DNA of 64,000 nt from an uncultured Eubacteriales bacterium (GTDB lineage: Bacteria; Bacillota; Clostridia; Oscillospirales; Oscillospiraceae): assembly GCA_900546295.1 (NCBI GenBank), contig URCK01000001.1:5988-69987 (forward strand), read 5' to 3'. The notes under the pieces were generated by a model, which saw only the letters and a program-made list of their open reading frames with translations, was not told where the DNA came from and ran no database searches. Positions 61,656 through 64,000 of this stretch are shown in pieces (position 1 is the first letter of the stretch; the number at the start of each line of letters is the position of its first letter). A program made the position numbers and the translations under genes.

Positions 61656-61991
61656 TTACAAATCGTCCGAAAGGCGCACGCGCGAGCGCTGCGCGTCGAA
61701 CCCCTCGGGGTAGCGGGCAGCCAACTTATCAAGATTCTGCTGCAAAATGTCGTCTAAATTCAAATCAAGCGCGGTCGCGGCTTCGGCAAGATACCACGCC
61801 ACGTCGCCAAGCTCTTTGGCAAGGTGCACTTTATCGAGCTCATGCCCCTGCGCCAGCCATTTTTTCACAAGGTCGATGGCTTCGCCGCTCTCACCGCAAA
61901 GGCCCATCACGCTGTTGATGAGCACGTCCTTTCGCGACAGTGCGGGGTTGAGCGTCGCCATCGCCTTTTCCTGATATTCGTTCGCCGTCAT
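61656..61991 (-). CDS. MazG-like nucleotide pyrophosphohydrolase
   Basis: GLCGESGE, KELGDVAWY, NLDKLAARYP. Confidence 0.9.
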   Translation of the reverse strand: MTANEYQEKAMATLNPALSRKDVLINSVMGLCGESGEAIDLVKKWLAQGHELDKVHLAKELGDVAWYLAEAATALDLNLDDILQQNLDKLAARYPEGFDAQRSRVRLSDDL

Positions 61992-62005
61992 CAAAGCCGC
62001 TCCTT

Positions 62006-63229
62006 TCAGTCCTTTGCGCTGAGCTGCACCGCATGGCGCACGAAGCTCATCGGCGGCACATAGCACGGCAGCTTCATTTTGAAGACCGTCTGCGGCGTGC
62101 GCGGCTCGGTGAGCTCGAAGCCCTCGAGATCGTGCATCACGGGAGCGGTCATCGTGAAGGGGCGGCAGTCTGGGCCGACAAGCTCGATCTCGTCGCCCGC
62201 TGCAAACTTGTTGCGCAGCGACAGCGTCGCGTTGCCCTGCTCGTCGCAGTCCGTCACGACCGCACAGACCTGCCAGTCGCGGATGTAGCGCGAATTGGCG
62301 TAATACTGCCCCGGCTGGCCGTAGTAAAAGCCCGTGGAATAGTGGCGGTGGCTGACGTGCTCCACCTCGTCGCGCCAGACGGGGTCTGCCTCCCTGCCCG
62401 CCGCCACATCGTCGAGCACGTGGCGGTACGCGCCCGTCACGATGGCGGCATAGTAGGCGGACTTTGCGCGGCCCTCGATCTTGATGCAGTCGATGCCCGC
62501 GTCCATAATGTCATCCAGATGGTCGATCATGCACATATCGCGCGAGTTCATGATGTAGGTGCCCTTCTCGTCCTCAAAGACGGGGAAATATTCTCCGGGG
62601 CGCTTTTCCTCCATCAGCGCGTACTGGTAGCGGCAGGGCTGGGCACAGGCGCCGCGGTTTGAGTCGCGCCCGGTCATGTAGTTCGAGAGCAGGCATCTGC
62701 CCGAATAGCTCACGCACATCGCGCCGTGGCAGAAGGTCTCGATCTCCAGTTCCGCAGGGATCTTCGCCCGCATTTCGCGAATCTCCTGTAAAGATACTTC
62801 CCTTGCCAGTACCACTCTTTTCGCGCCCAGATCGTACCACGCGCGGGCGCACTCGTAGTTGGCGATGGACTGCTGCGTGGAGACGTGCCGCTCGCATTTC
62901 GGCGCGTACTTCCCCGCGAGCGTGAACGCGCCGAGGTCTGCTAAAATGAGCGCATCGACGCCCGCGTCGTTCAGCCGCTCAAGATGCTCCGGAAGGCGCG
63001 CGACCTCGTCGTTGCGCGGCATGGTGTTCACCGTCACATGCACGCGCACGCCATGATCGTGCGCGAACTTCACGGCCTTGGGCAGCTCCTCGGGCGTAAA
63101 GTTGCCCGCGAACGAGCGCATACCAAAGCTCGTACCCGCAAGGTATACCGCATCCGCGCCGTAGAGCACAGCCATCTGCAATCTTTCCATATCGCCCGCC
63201 GGGGCGAGGATCTCGGGTTTCTTTCTCAT
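62006..63229 (-). CDS. U32 family peptidase-like protein (TrhP-type tRNA hydroxylation candidate)
   Basis: EILAPAG, HGAMCVSYSGRC, NRGACAQPCR, KIEGR; follows mltG. Confidence 0.9.
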   Translation of the reverse strand: MRKKPEILAPAGDMERLQMAVLYGADAVYLAGTSFGMRSFAGNFTPEELPKAVKFAHDHGVRVHVTVNTMPRNDEVARLPEHLERLNDAGVDALILADLGAFTLAGKYAPKCERHVSTQQSIANYECARAWYDLGAKRVVLAREVSLQEIREMRAKIPAELEIETFCHGAMCVSYSGRCLLSNYMTGRDSNRGACAQPCRYQYALMEEKRPGEYFPVFEDEKGTYIMNSRDMCMIDHLDDIMDAGIDCIKIEGRAKSAYYAAIVTGAYRHVLDDVAAGREADPVWRDEVEHVSHRHYSTGFYYGQPGQYYANSRYIRDWQVCAVVTDCDEQGNATLSLRNKFAAGDEIELVGPDCRPFTMTAPVMHDLEGFELTEPRTPQTVFKMKLPCYVPPMSFVRHAVQLSAKD

Positions 63230-63287
63230 ACTGTTCCTCTTTCAAAGCGGCAGCATGGCTTGCGCCATGCTGCCGCGTCCGTTTTTG

Positions 63288-64000
63288 TTATCCTGCGTAC
63301 TGGCTGGAGCTGACGAAGCTCGCGTGCTCTGCGTAGGTCTTGAAGAAGTGATGCACCTTGTCCTTGCCGAGGGCATAGAAGTAGTAATTCGTCTGCGCCG
63401 GCTCGAGCGCTGCCTGAATGGAAGCAAGGCCGGGGTTCGCGATGGGCGTGGGCGGCAGGCCCTCGTACATCGAGAGGTTGTAGGGCGTGTTGTAGCTGAG
63501 ATCGCTGCTCGTGAGCGTTCCGGTGTAGTTATCGCCGAGGCCGTAGATGAGAGAAGCATCGATCTGGAGCTTGTGGTACGTCTCGCCCACGTTATTGAGG
63601 CGGTTGTAGATGACCGAGGCGATGTTCTCGCGGTCGGTGCCGTCCGTCTCCTTTTCGATGAGTGAGGCGATGGTCAGGATCTCATTGAGAGAGTAGCCGG
63701 AGGATTCGACCTTCTGCATGATCTCGTCGCTCATCTTTGCGTTGAAGTTATCCAGCAGGCGGCCGAACGCGTGCGCCGGGTCCTCGTCCACGAAGAATTC
63801 GTAGGTATCCGGGAAGAGGTAACCCTCAAGGCGCGTCAAATCGCCCTTTTTGTTGTTGTCGATAAAGGAATAGTTGAAGTCCGCGTTCATCGCCGCATCC
63901 GTCAGCTTTTCCGCCGTGTTGACGCCGTACTTGTCCATCAGCGCGATGATCTGGCGGACATTGTAGCCCTCGGGGATCGAGATCTTGACCGTATTGGCCG
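63288..64000 (-). CDS. mltG: Endolytic transglycosylase MltG (5' end outside window)
   Basis: LEGYLFPDTY, IASLIEKE, SVIYNRL, GLPPTPIANPG. Confidence 0.93.
   Translation of the reverse strand, partial: ANTVKISIPEGYNVRQIIALMDKYGVNTAEKLTDAAMNADFNYSFIDNNKKGDLTRLEGYLFPDTYEFFVDEDPAHAFGRLLDNFNAKMSDEIMQKVESSGYSLNEILTIASLIEKETDGTDRENIASVIYNRLNNVGETYHKLQIDASLIYGLGDNYTGTLTSSDLSYNTPYNLSMYEGLPPTPIANPGLASIQAALEPAQTNYYFYALGKDKVHHFFKTYAEHASFVSSSQYAG

Noticed and set aside
61656..61991. MazG-like gene as an anti-phage or TA component
   Set aside because: Standalone gene in the mltG-U32 housekeeping run with no defence partners.

Overview
High-GC (roughly 60% by eye) chromosomal segment of a spore-forming Clostridia bacterium; gene content and style suggest Oscillospiraceae (inference). 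Most of it is core genome on the minus strand: glycolysis (tkt, fba, PPi-pfk), sporulation (spoIVA, SipL-like, a spoVM missed by the ORF track, yunB, sigH, spoIIM, SpoIID-like, ylmC, sigG), recombination/repair (ligA, ruvCAB, xerD, recN), tRNA modification and translation (tgt, queA, trmK, tyrS, glnS, alaS, rpsB, tsf, rnmV) and comEC-holA. Non-coding features are RNase P RNA with a long P12, two T-boxes (Tyr, Ala) and a ~650 nt OLE RNA upstream of oapA-dxs-tlyA-nadK-argR-recN. The most unusual signal is a ~250-400 bp hairpin-rich element in three diverged copies (45046-45375, 45920-46338, 52425-52720). It shows compensatory stem changes and conserved c(GNA)g triloops on one strand, and each copy lies beside a small HTH gene. 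Two copies bracket an HTH/small-ORF cassette in inverted orientation; the third lies upstream of an HTH gene translationally coupled to comEC. Other observations are a dif-like XerD site upstream of spoIIM-xerD, a helically phased ATTC array, a structured leader on an ECF S-component gene and several small ORFs absent from the track. All calls come from reading the sequence by eye; no searches were run.
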